Shown in pieces: positions 1 to 11,138 of a DNA stretch of 64,000 nucleotides. Made by a program: the position numbers and the translations under genes. The notes beneath the pieces are model-generated. The model ran no database searches and was not told the DNA's origin. It was given only the letters and a program-made list of their open reading frames with translations. Position 1 is the first letter of the stretch; each line of letters starts with the position of its first letter. This stretch comes from Neodothiora populina (lineage: Eukaryota), in NCBI RefSeq assembly GCF_041146345.1, contig NW_027191410.1:186001-250000 (forward strand). The letters run 5' to 3'.

Positions 1-256
1 TGACCAAGGACCTTGTATCAGCATCATCGGCAGCAGCAACTACACCAAGAGAAGCTACAGTCTTGATCTAGAGGCCAACGTGGCGATTGTGACGCGGAAT
101 GAAGGGTTGATGAAGAGATTGGGAGAGGAGGAAGCCTGGTTGCAGGAGTATGCCGCAGTGGTAGACAAGTCGACGTTTGAGAAGACGCAGAGAAGGGTCG
201 GCTTGCATGTGAGGATAGCCATGTGGATCGTGACGGCCGTGGGAGGCGCCTTGTAG
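1..256 (+). CDS. PGS1: 3' end of CDP-diacylglycerol--glycerol-3-phosphate 3-phosphatidyltransferase (PLD superfamily), truncated by window start
   Basis: Frame 2 reads DQGPCISIIGSSNYTKRSYSLDLEANVAIVTRN...RRVGLHVRIAMWIVTAVGGAL*; the GSSN..RS..LDLE motif is typical of the Pgs1 C-terminus. Stop at 254-256. Confidence 0.85.
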   Translation, partial: DQGPCISIIGSSNYTKRSYSLDLEANVAIVTRNEGLMKRLGEEEAWLQEYAAVVDKSTFEKTQRRVGLHVRIAMWIVTAVGGAL

Positions 257-1108
257 ATTAGTGTTCGAGTATACATTTTCATTGTTATTCTTGCATCATG
301 TATAATATCTTCGTTGTCGGCGAAATTCATTCCATGACTACCATACCTTTTGCTTCTTATCTTGTATATGCTGGAATGTCAGATCCGAGAGTAGGACATC
401 GACAGGAAGGACCATACCTTGATCTGGTTCCAACCAGCCACACGAGGAAGAGAGCAGCCGAGAAAGCTCGGATCAACCCTCCCAACCTCCTCCGCAAGCC
501 AGCCCATACTTTCTCATCCGTGTTCCAGGCGCGCAGAGTACGTCAAAGACTAGGTTTACGAAAGCCTGTAGAGCCATTCTCCAATTGGTTTTTCTCTTCT
601 CTTTTCTCATACCACATTCCATCTGTACATCTGCAATAATGCGCGTTCCTCATCGCATTATATCGAAACTGCATACCTTATAGAGGCTTCTTGACCATCT
701 CTTATCGATACCAACCACGCTCCCCATTTCCCCGCGCTTTTGTGCTTGCTCGCGAGTCACGTCACTGGCACTGATAAGCAACCATCACCTTGATATCTCC
801 AGGATCTGTGACAGAAACAAAAACGTCTAGACAGTCCTCTTGTGGTGTATGAAGCAAAAGACGTTGGTGAACCGAAAAGACGTTAAGATCACCGGTTTGC
901 GAAAAACGCCTATCTTCAACGGCTTTAGTTAGTCGGTCCATCGAGTCGCGTTGAAGCGAGCTTCTACTAGGGTTGTGGGTCTTGGAAAAGTCGACGAGAA
1001 GAAAGAAGAGTGTTGTGTGGACACAATTGGACTTCTGCTATCTCCGATTACATTAATCTGAAGGGGGTTGGGAATCACTGAAAGAACAAGGACCTCGAGG
1101 ATACAAGA

Positions 1109-1825
1109 ATGGCACCTCGATCAACGTACTCGCGCGAGCGCATCACAGTCGTCAGACGATACCCATGGCCTTCGGTTCAGCTGAACTGGTGGATTATCGT
1201 CATGCTTGCAGCGGGCGGATTAATTCTAGGTGTCTTCGCAGATTTTGTGTCTATTCAAAACCAATTCGGACTGGGTATCCCATGGTGAGTCCTGTTTTTC
1301 CATAAAAAAAGTGAGGACCGAAGAGTACTGACTTGTGTAAATAGGCTATTCCCATATGGCATCACAGTCGGCGCACTGACTGTTTTGTTTCTGATCGTCA
1401 TGCTTATCATGCTGGCTCAGAAGAACCTAGATCCTGACTATGTGATTCTGGGATGCTTTATCCTGATCGTACTGTACATTACAGGACTCATCGAGACGGC
1501 GATACAACTTTTCGGAAACGTAAGATTCCTTTTCTCTTTCACTTCTCGTCACTTGGGCATCATCGCTGACAGCAACTTCAAGGGCAATGTCTCCTCAACA
1601 TGCAACAACTACGTCTCGTCCCAGAAGATCACAGGCGTGTCTTTGGACACTCTGGCCTGGCTGGAGCAAAACGCAATCTGCAACGAATGGGACGCGGTCT
1701 TTGCGTTTTGGATCATCGGGATGGTATTTCTGATCTGGATGATTATTATGGCTTCGCAGGTCAAGACGGCGAACTCGCGGAGTAGGGGGAGCAGGAGGGA
1801 GAGGGTTGTGGAAGATTGGGACTAG
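1109..1825 (+). CDS. Uncharacterised fungal 4-TM membrane protein (MARVEL-like topology), 3 exons
   Basis: ATG 1109 MAPRSTYSRE..WPSVQLNWWIIVMLAAGGLILGVFA..GIPW. Introns 1285-1344 (GTGAGT..TAG) and 1520-1582 (GTAAGA..AAG). Four hydrophobic segments, with a Cys-containing loop before the last. Confidence 0.75.
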
Positions 1826-2274
1826 GCCTTTTCTTCTTCTTTCTCTTTCATGCTTGAAATGATTGGTTTTCACTTCTATACCCATTTGTTTTCTTTACCT
1901 TTTTATTGGAGGCTGATCCCACACTCGTGTGGTGTTTCTGGGAGGCCATAGAGATTAATGACTGTGCTCTTTTTTTTTTTACATCTCCTCTTCCCCGTCG
2001 CTGTTTATCATCTTTATCTCTCGGGATTGTTATAGACTCACTTGCATGACATTGTTGATTCAGTGTTTCAGACGGAAATGATGGATGTAATGTTTGAGGT
2101 GTGCTGGCCAGCTGCCTGGACGCTCCCCGCATTCTTGCCCCGCCACGATAATCATCCATGACATACTTAGATATTATTTATCACAACACCTTCTTTCTCT
2201 TCATGCAATACGCAACGTTTGCTACTAATCGAAATTACGGATGCATTTGAGTTACAAACAAACACAGTGATCAG

Positions 2275-3026
2275 ATGGGCCTCCCGATGGACAACCTTCA
2301 TGCTCCAACAGTGGCCTCCGGCGCGAGCAGCTCGGGTCACGGAAGCGACAAGAAACAATTAAGTGTGCAAGAGCTCATCGCCGAAAAGGACAAAGTATGG
2401 AGCGAGCTGACTGCGCTGGGTGCGGTGCTGGATTCGGTATGTATGCACAGTTCTGATCGATCGGCTGCATCGACTGACCATAGCTATAGCATGGAGTGAA
2501 CATGAACACATCTCTGACCACCTTCGATGGATACCCTCGGCCAGACATAGATGTCGCACAGATCCGTACGACTCGCGCTCGCATCATCAGACTCAAGAAT
2601 GATTACAAGGCCCTCATGGCGCGCATAGAGGCCGCGCTACAAGAGCACTGGTCGAACCCGGCAGCGCCTGCTTCAACCACAATAGGAAGCGCAGGTTCAT
2701 CATCAAGCACGCAACCGAACACTCCAGCAGTAGTCGAAGTACCGTTCGCAAAGGTCAACTCGGTTGTCTCATCTTCACCGGCAGACACAGCAGGACTCAA
2801 GGTGGGCGACAAGATCACAAAGTTTGGTGGTGTTGACTGGAGGAATCACGAGAAGCTCTCCAGGGTGGCACAGACAGTGCAGCAGAGTGAAGGGAGCGCC
2901 ATTACAATAAAAGTTATCAGGCCTGCTGTGGTGGGCGGTGGAGACGAGAGGCTCGAGATGCAGCTCACTCCCAGGCATAACTGGGGTGGGAGAGGTATGC
3001 TAGGTTGTCACCTGCTGCCTCTTTAG
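2275..3026 (+). CDS. NAS2: 26S proteasome assembly chaperone Nas2/p27 (PSMD9), coiled-coil + PDZ
   Basis: Exon 1 MGLPMDNLHAP..; intron 2437-2489; then HGVNMNTSLTTFDGYPRPDIDV..., PDZ segment (SPADTAGLKVGDKI) and C-terminal WGGRGMLGCHLLPL. Confidence 0.93.
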
Positions 3027-3701
3027 ACGACGATCTCGCAAGCTGCGACGTGTGGCGGCCAGCATCACTATAATTATACACACTATCTTATGCAGTCTTA
3101 ATGCCGGGCTGAGTAACTGCCTGAACAACTTGGCCAGCAGTCAGATGCAAGTAAGAATCACTTCGGCCATCCGAGCTCTCCCCCGAAGTCTTGGCAGATG
3201 CTTGTGAAAGCGATTATGCAGAGACACAAGTCAGGTCTGCCGCATTCGACGCCCGAACCCGAAGCGTTACGGATGCTGTTACATTATTCGATTGAAGCAC
3301 TTAACGTACCATTCGATTGTATTCAGCTCTTATCTGAACACAACTGCAACAAGAAATCGGCGAGATAATTGAAATGCTCCGGAGAGCGACAAGGCTCTAC
3401 ATTGACATTGCAACATTCGTTGGAGGCTGACATTTCTGCCATCCCAACATTTCGATATTGTACGTGCTATAAGGTATGCCAACTCTCTAAACTCTACTGT
3501 GCGCGTCTTACCGGACATGGTGATAAGCTCATCTTCACCCCAAAGTGAAGAATTATTGTTATGACTTGTGAATGCTCAAACGAAGGCATCAAACTTTACT
3601 GTCATCAATCTTAAAGCAATGAACACTCCTGATAGTCTGGCGGTTAACACTGTCTAACAGATAACCCAAGCACCTAGACTTATTCGACGAGTGGGAGAAA
3701 C

Positions 3702-4403
3702 ATGCTCAACGTCAGAGCGCTCAACAACCTCTTGAGCGAAAATGCAGACCACAAGCTCTTTATGCGCTGGTTGTAGGTGTAGAAATGTAATGTGCACGAT
3801 ATGTATATTTTTCACTGACAGCATGCCAGTATAATGACACCGAATGGGTCACTAATGGCATATACTCTGCCAGCAAACATGAAAGAACTCCGAGATCAAG
3901 TGGCTCTAGTATCAATTTCCTGGAAAGAGAATCTCGAGCGAAAAGACAGCGAGAACTTCGAGCCGCAGTACAGCCAGGACGGACCTAACGAACCCTTGAG
4001 GCGCATCGTCAGACCAGATGCTCTCGAGACACTCACGATTGAATTCGATAACCGAAATCTGATTGTCAAGTACCTGCAGTCGAAACTGCTCTTAGTGCTA
4101 GAGGGAGGCGTGCCACCCGGCAGGAGAAAGCCGCTGCACGTCACGGCCGAAGCACCGGGCGATGCGCGATATCCCCCTGGGGACCACAGCGACCACGTCA
4201 ACGGCTCGATGAATGGCTCCGGCATGCTCAGCTCCTCATTAGGCTCGACGGCGTCGACCACGACGAGCCAGGCCAGCATCAGGAGGCTCAGCGTGCTGCA
4301 CATACAGCGCAAGAAAACCGAGATCATGGCAGAGACGATCAAGGACGAGCTCCAGAGGTCGGGATTCGAGATGCCGGACGATCCGAACAACAAGTTCTTC
4401 TGA
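3702..4403 (+). CDS. Roadblock/LAMTOR2-like protein (putative Ragulator/EGO subunit)
   Basis: The spliced N-terminus (intron 3773-3829) MLNVRALNNLLSEN..WFIMTPNGSLMAY..ALVSISW resembles the LAMTOR2 N-terminus. C-terminal helix KTEIMAETIKDEL. Confidence 0.55.
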
Positions 4404-4937
4404 TGCTACGGTCTTATAAAGCTGGTATAAAGGAGTTCTTGTCTTATTTTTCCGTCTTGTGTTTGAGTAGGGGGGAGCAGAAGGGCTATTGGGTGGCGAC
4501 ATTCACGCAAGACACTCTCACTGTTTGAAGTCGTCTGCACGTGAAGAGGCTGCTGCTGCCGACCTTGTGCTTTTTGGAGCTCGTCAGATTTCGTACTTTA
4601 GCGGGTTGGCATTGAGAGAATATGGGATTTTTGTATCAATACTGCATGGATCTGTTGCGCAGTACTCTTGAACCAGACCTTTTCATATGGGTCTGTCATC
4701 TCTATTGATATACTGGACACAGACGCTTGCAATCTGAGTTATATTGCTCGCTCAATGAGCTGCAATATGACTACCTACAGTACCTTAGCTTGTCTTGAGA
4801 GCTGTAATACGCACTCAGTACGTCAGTATGTTGTATGCGCACGGAGGTATATGTGAGATTAGCCGACCCTGAGCATATTTTATAACGATGATGGTCCGCG
4901 TCGCGAATAATGCGAGGTGCTTTAATAAAGAGAGCAG

Positions 4938-4945
4938 TGACGTCA
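4938..4945. promoter_or_regulatory. Palindromic CRE/ATF site TGACGTCA upstream of the MTFP1-like gene
   Basis: Exact TGACGTCA about 175 bp upstream of ATG 5120; function inferred. Confidence 0.3.
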
Positions 4946-5119
4946 GGAGGCTGGGCCCGACCTGTCGGCAGACGGCGGTGCCTGCAGGTGGTCAGCGACA
5001 CCGAAACACTGCGGAGGTGATAGCTTTACCTTAGGTAGCAACCCTGCCATTCCTCTTCCACCTGTTACACCGAACCCCCAATCGCCATCTCCACCGACTC
5101 TACAACGCATCCAGACACA

Positions 5120-6023
5120 ATGGCCCCTCCCGAAGACGGCCAGAACACGATCCCGCGCGTACGAGGCGAAGAGCGCCCGGACTTCTCCAAGCCTCTACCG
5201 CGAAAACCGCTCCCAAAGGAGCTGCAGGACACACTGGACAACGAAGAAAAGCTATGGGAAACGCTGTACGACGGCCAAGGCGGGGAGTCGACAGACTCGA
5301 ATCTGCGTTATGCGGGTTACGCATCGCGAGTGCGCACGATTCTCGTGTCTGCGCAGCGCTACGTGGCGTACACGAGCGACATTGGCGAGTCGTTCCGGCC
5401 CGTCGCGCATCCGTATCTCGTCAAGGGCGCGTATGGCGTCTCGTGGGCCTATCTGGCGGGCGACGTGGCGTATGAAGGGTACAAGGCGCATTTGCGCAAT
5501 CAGCGGATTCTGAACCCGGAGACTCCGGCGCCCGCGAATGGGTCGTTGGCGCCTGGCACTACGGGCGATAGTCATGGGTTGGCGACTACGGCTAAGATCC
5601 CGGCCATCGAGGATTATCGCTCTGTCATGGCGCAGAGAGCCTTGTTCCAGAGCGTGGCGAGTATGGGGTTGCCCGCTTTCACTATCCACAGTATCGTCAA
5701 GTACTCGGGCAAGGCGCTCAAGGACGTCAAGAACGTCAGGCTGAGGATGTATGGACCCATTGGAGTAAGCTTTTCTCTTTCTTTTCGGTGATAAAATGGA
5801 GCTCCATTGCTGACACTGCGATCTTCAGCTCGGTCTCGCTGCTGTGCCGGCTCTGCCGTTCATGTTCGATAAGCCGGTCGAGCACGCTGTCGAATGGATC
5901 TTTCACAAGGGCTTCGAGATGGTGGGCGGTCCGGAAGCTGTGGGCAACAGACCCGAGACGGGCAGGTCGCATCTCCTGCAGCAGGAGAACATCGCGGGCG
6001 CTCAGAAGGAGAAAGAGCTATAG
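5120..6023 (+). CDS. Mitochondrial fission process protein 1 (MTP18/MTFP1 family)
   Basis: RYVAYTSDIGESFRPV, FQSVASMGLPAFTIH; intron 5765-5828; then LGLAAVPALPFMFDKPVEHAVEW; stop 6021-6023. Confidence 0.88.
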
Positions 6024-6368
6024 AGGAGGACAGCGACAGAGGGAGGTCTGTCCAGTTCTGGCCAAAGGAAGGGTTCACATTCCACTCGAGACATCGTAGA
6101 ATTGGCGCAACCGGCGAGGGGGCAATTTTGAGGCAGGGGGCGACTTCTGCCGCCACCGTTGCATTCGACAAGGTGTGTATTCGACTCATTCATGTTCATA
6201 TATATAATCCACGACGATCAGGACACGCACTGTTACGTTATCAATGTACCAAAAACAAAATGAATACCGAAGATCCTCATATGATGAAATGTATTATTGC
6301 TTGTTGAACGCACGATCATGTCTGTCATTCATGCATCATCTATAAGCGGTGTTTCCATGTTGCACAAG

Positions 6369-7161
6369 TCATAGCGGGTAGTCGGGGAACGCCCTCTCGA
6401 GCGGTTCTCTCGCACTCTCCCAGGCAAGCCAGTCGCTCCTCGTAGTCCTATCAAGGAGTTAGGTCACATGCGTCCAGATCAAGAGGAGAAAACGATCATC
6501 ATGTCATCAACGACAGAAAAGAAAAAAACTCACGGTAACAGCCCCATACCATTCACCTTCCAAATCCCCAACGCCAGCGCCAGACAATTACAAGCGATAT
6601 AAACCAGCTTGACGCCCCAAAGCTGCTGCCTATTCGCCGGCGTCTCAAAGCGCGAGAAGACGTTCCCGATGTTGAAAATCGCCTGGATCGGGTTCTTGAA
6701 CAGCATGGCGACCATCATGATGCTGAAGATCTGCAGGCTGTTGCCCGACATGTACATGCCGACCGCGCTCATGGGTAGCTGCTTCGCGGGCGCGATGGCG
6801 AGCTCCCAGGCTTTCTTCAGTTTCAGCGTGTCCATTTCTTCGGGCGTGGGGGGTTTGCGCTGCAGGGTTGGGGTCGTCGTGCTGCTGGATTTGATGTTGG
6901 ATTTGGAGCCCTGCGTGTCGTGTTAGTGATGCGATTCACGTTGGTCTTTTCGTTTCGCTTGGTTGACAGGGGAGTATTGAATTGGAATGAAATGTAGATG
7001 CGAGGCGGATCATGTACCTTGGCGGACAGTGTGGTCGGCGCAGTGTAGCCTGGTGGCTCAGGCAACGACGAGTTCTTGGGCCTGACTGGGGGAGACTGGA
7101 GGTCTACAACCCATTGTGGCGTCGAGGACGGAGATGATGTTGACGATGTTGCCAATTCCAT
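6369..7161 (-). CDS. EMC4: ER membrane protein complex subunit 4
   Basis: LKLKKAWELAIAPAKQLPM..YMSGNSLQIFSIMM..MGLLPTTRSDWLAWE after removing introns 6911-7017 and 6448-6533. Confidence 0.93.
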
Positions 7162-7528
7162 GATTGCTGTGAGCCGCTGCGGCGAGTATACGTTGTTGTA
7201 TGTATGTGATATACCCTGTGATACTGTAATGGAAGGTAGGAGGTACGAGTCGGTCGGCGCTTGTGAACCCCCGAGCTGTTTGCGGGTTTGCGGTCGGCAG
7301 ACTTGCCTTTCTGAGAACCCCCGAGATCTTTCGTCCATCACCTGTACAGAGTCCGGTAGGGTAACATGACGACGGACACGATCTGATTATTCAAGCGAGT
7401 TCATCTTGCTATTTGGCCATTCTCTCACTTGACCTGTCTCACGCATTACGGCGCACCCTTATCATTCAGACAGACTCCCAGAAACCCCTCTATTCTCCAA
7501 AGCCTACACACCTGCTTCCTCCTCCGCC

Positions 7529-8106
7529 ATGACGACTCCCGGCGGCCCAGGTGGGCAAATGTACATAGCCAAACCGACTCCGTGAGTGCCACCCACTCCC
7601 ACGCACAATCTTCCCTTCCCTTCCCTCCCTCCGTGTAGTCCAGAAAGAAAAAGAAGAACAACTTGTCCAGACCTATATGACCGTTTTTCGAACCCAATTC
7701 TGCAAACAGTCCCCAGCGCGGCAGCTTCCCTCTCGACCACGACGCCGAATGCCAACCCATCATGAAACAATACCTCCGGTGTCTGCGGCAGCACCGGGGC
7801 GTCAATGATGACGAGTGTAGGATGCTGAGCAAGAGTTATCTCGTTTGTCGTATGGATCGGTATGTTGTGGCTTGCTTGCTTTTCTTGCTTTTTCTTTTTG
7901 GGGAGTTTGGCTTGTTGACTTGTGCTCTATGCAGAAATCTCATGGCGCCTGATGAGATGAGGAATTTGGGGTACGGGGAAGATCAGAAACCCGCTGAGCC
8001 CGCTCCGGATGCTGCTGCTGCTGCTGCTGTTGCTGGTCATGCGAAAACGACGGCGCAGGCTAAGGCTGCTGAAGGGACGGGCGGACCCCGTTCTGCAGGG
8101 AGATAG
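7529..8106 (+). CDS. COX19: Cytochrome c oxidase assembly protein Cox19 (twin Cx9C)
   Basis: MTTPGGPG..PTP|PQRGSFPLDHDAECQPIMKQYLRCL..CRMLSKSYLVCRMDR|NLMAPD; introns 7582-7709 and 7860-7934. Confidence 0.93.
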
Positions 8107-8248
8107 AAGTGTTCGTCAGGCAGAGAGGATTGAGCACATAGAAAGACACGCAGTCAGATATGAACAGTTTTAGCGACAAGATGATCCAATTGTACTGTAT
8201 CCCAGGGTATCCTAATAAACAAAGCAAAAGCCAAGAGTCGCCCGCGAT

Positions 8249-9439
8249 CTATAGCTCATCCAGCAGTCTATCCCATTTCGCCTCCTCCTTCATATGCGCC
8301 TTTTCGTACGTCGGGTCCACAAGCTTCAACCCGGGCTTTGTCCTGTTATACTTCTCTCGATCCAACACGCCGACCTCGATGGCCAACTCGGCTCCCTTTT
8401 CTCTGAGTGCCTCGCCTTGCTCTACCAATTCCACGAGCAGATCCGACTTGCCCTGCCTGCGTCTCCAGACAACCAAAAGTATAATGAGCAGAACTAGCAT
8501 GGAGAGTGACAACCAGCATATGCGCCATCTCTTATTCACGATCCGACGGCCCTCGACCTCCTTGCGCTGGACTCCCTCTAGCCTGCCTCTGCAGTCCTCT
8601 AAGCGCCCTTCTAGCACGGCAGCTCCCCTTTTACCCTTTTCGAGCCGCAGAACCAATTCTTCCACGGCCTTTTCCTGCGCACTAAAGCCCTGGAAACTGT
8701 CGAGTTTGGTGTTGACTTTCTGATTCGCCTGGTTGATCTCTCTGTGCCAGTCCCGCCTCGCCTCGGCTGCCTGGCCGGAGAGCTCCTGCAGCGAGGAGAT
8801 GGTCGACCGAAGCGTGCCTAAACGCTCAAGTAGCGCGTAGTACGTGTCGTCCAGCTTGCGAGTCGCAGTGTGTGCGTCTCTGCTCAACGCATTCAGGGCC
8901 TCGGCGACTGCTTCCGCCCTTCGTTCGCGCCGTGCTCGTTCTTTGACAACGTCCGCGGGGCGGATGATGCGGGTGATCGGTTTAATGGCGTCGTGTTGAG
9001 GCTCGGCGTTATCTGCAGTCGGGGTTTCGTGCTTGTTTGGGTCCAGTTGTCCGTTGTGGCCGTGGTTGTGCTTGTCACTCGCGGCTTGTGATATCTGGCC
9101 GCTGTTGTTGTAGCTGTGTAGGTGGTTGCCTCGCCTCAGGGGGTTGTAGTTGTCAAAGGAAAAGGCATGTTGCAGGCCGACGGCATTCTGGATGGTGTCG
9201 CGGGTGTGGTGATGGCGGTGATGGCGACGATGGATGTTCCGGTGGTGATGGTGATGCGAGTCGGATTTATCTTCGTCGTTGCTGGGTTTGTTTGTGGTGG
9301 GTTTCCTGGTTGTCGTCGTCGCTGAAGTGCTGCCGTTATTACCGCCGCTTTCGACGTAGTTGTTTCGGCGGCTCGTGGTCAATTTGGGTAAATTGGTATG
9401 AGATCGTATCAAGCCTCGGTCCCGTATTCGATTTTCCAT
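8249..9439 (-). CDS. Uncharacterised protein: His-rich tract, long coiled coil, single C-proximal TM helix
   Basis: 396-aa intronless ORF with HHHHHRNIHRRHHRHHH, a heptad-rich region (TRKLDDTYYALLERLGTLRSTISSLQEL) and a TM segment ICWLSLSMLVLLIILLVVW. Confidence 0.75.
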   Translation of the reverse strand: MENRIRDRGLIRSHTNLPKLTTSRRNNYVESGGNNGSTSATTTTRKPTTNKPSNDEDKSDSHHHHHRNIHRRHHRHHHTRDTIQNAVGLQHAFSFDNYNPLRRGNHLHSYNNSGQISQAASDKHNHGHNGQLDPNKHETPTADNAEPQHDAIKPITRIIRPADVVKERARRERRAEAVAEALNALSRDAHTATRKLDDTYYALLERLGTLRSTISSLQELSGQAAEARRDWHREINQANQKVNTKLDSFQGFSAQEKAVEELVLRLEKGKRGAAVLEGRLEDCRGRLEGVQRKEVEGRRIVNKRWRICWLSLSMLVLLIILLVVWRRRQGKSDLLVELVEQGEALREKGAELAIEVGVLDREKYNRTKPGLKLVDPTYEKAHMKEEAKWDRLLDEL

Positions 9440-9696
9440 TTTGGTGAGGACCGGTATAGGCGAGAGGGAAATCCCCTGGTCTGGAAGGGGGGAAGGTGGA
9501 ATCCACCCAAGTGTTATGCGATGACGTGGGGGCGGTTCGGATACGGAGACATCACGGTACTAGGGTTATTACCTTACTAGGTATCCTCCATCCTCCATGA
9601 CATTGAGACAATAACTATAGCATTACCGTTATTATTGCAGATCGCAACTGCTAGAGACACCAGAAGCAGCAGAGAGAAAAAGAATAAGAAATAGGA

Positions 9697-10815
9697 ATGC
9701 CTTCTTCGTCCAGTAGTATCCCACCGCAGAGATTACCCGCTCCTTCACTTTTCGTCGCACCTCCTTCCCAAAACGCATCCAATGTCGAGCTCAGCAAACA
9801 AATAACGTCCTCGTCGCATCCGTCGGCCAAGTCGAGATCAGACACTGCGACCATTCGCATAACGCCCTCGGCCGCCATCCCTGCACCGACGTCTCCCTTC
9901 TCGCCGTCCGATGTACACAAACAGCCAGGCGGAGGACTGCAGCCTCCGTCTCCAAACAAGAGTCGGCGCAGCGCCAACCAACGAGAGTCGGAGGCTTCAG
10001 AAAAGGACAAGGAGAGGGATTACAACAGCAGACTGAACAATGACTACCACTTCCCCCCTCCCCCGCCTATTCCCACGACAAACAAGAGCCGTAGCGACAG
10101 CAACAGCAGTTCCGTCGGTCTGTCCGCCTCACAACAGGGCCAGAACCGTCCTCGCCGCTCGACCGCCATCCTCGACGCCCACTGGGCTGCGCTACAGTCT
10201 ACTCTATCAGACATCGAGCTCAGTGCCTCGGGAACCACCCACGTCTTTGGTCAGAACCATGCCGTGGCGCTCGAAGATCTCCGAAAAGCCCAAGTCGAAC
10301 TCGCGCGCGCCTGGGGTCCTCGCGCCGGACCGGACGAGCAGGCGGGCGAGAGCGTCCCCGGTGTAGACAGAATGAGAAATGACACCAAGAGAGCGACGGC
10401 AGACGGGAACAAGACTGCAACGAACTCGGTCAATGGCGCTCCGGGCGTGAACAACAAGTCGGGCGACAACGACACCCTCACGAGTCGCACGAGTACCACT
10501 ACTGCGACCTCAAATCGTCCAGCCACGAAGCAAGACAGTCCGGAAAAGAACAAACAACCGACGACGGCGTCGGCGAACATGAGCGTGGTCGACGGCGTCA
10601 GCACGAGAGAGGCAGATGCAGATCTCGATGCTGCAGAGCAGAGACGCAAAGAGAGTGATGCTTACTTCAAGAGAGTCAAGGGCGGCGTCGAGGAAGTCGT
10701 CCGGAAGCTCGAGAGCGTCAGCAGGGCCATGCGTGACGTCGAGATGGAGAGCAGAGAGATCTGGGGCGATGGCGGCAGTGAGGGGAGTACCGAGCTGGAC
10801 AGCATAATGACTTGA
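9697..10815 (+). CDS. Uncharacterised protein, largely disordered with two helical blocks
   Basis: 372-aa ORF with ordered segments DAHWAALQSTLSDIELSA..HVFG..ALEDLRKAQVELARAW and RRKESDAYFKRVKGGVEEVVRKLESVSRAM. Confidence 0.75.
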   Translation: MPSSSSSIPPQRLPAPSLFVAPPSQNASNVELSKQITSSSHPSAKSRSDTATIRITPSAAIPAPTSPFSPSDVHKQPGGGLQPPSPNKSRRSANQRESEASEKDKERDYNSRLNNDYHFPPPPPIPTTNKSRSDSNSSSVGLSASQQGQNRPRRSTAILDAHWAALQSTLSDIELSASGTTHVFGQNHAVALEDLRKAQVELARAWGPRAGPDEQAGESVPGVDRMRNDTKRATADGNKTATNSVNGAPGVNNKSGDNDTLTSRTSTTTATSNRPATKQDSPEKNKQPTTASANMSVVDGVSTREADADLDAAEQRRKESDAYFKRVKGGVEEVVRKLESVSRAMRDVEMESREIWGDGGSEGSTELDSIMT

Positions 10816-11138
10816 TTCTCATCCCAGCCAGCCCCGCTAGCAAAGGACTCACCCATCTATATAGGCAAGCTCACGAATGCAGCTTTATGACGAAATCCGG
10901 CACGAAATATACCTCCTTTGGATGCTTCACTTTGAAGACGAGCAAGCATATTACTTCAGAACTCGACATGATGCTTGTGTACGACTCATGCTTTTGAGAG
11001 CTATCTTGGCAATAATGCTTGCACTCGGTATCTCGATATCCTCTATTTGTTATATTATAGCTGGAAGGTGATTCACAGAAGAGCTGTGGCGCCCACCCGT
11101 CACCTTGGATAATCAATACCTGCGTGCGCCAGCCGGGC

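Noticed and set aside
298..639. 113-aa ORF after PGS1
   Set aside because: No motif and no supporting splice signals; it most likely lies in UTR or intergenic DNA.
7582..7709. Long COX19 intron 1 as a possible stwintron
   Set aside because: Removing any internal GT-AG segment does not rebuild a donor or acceptor.
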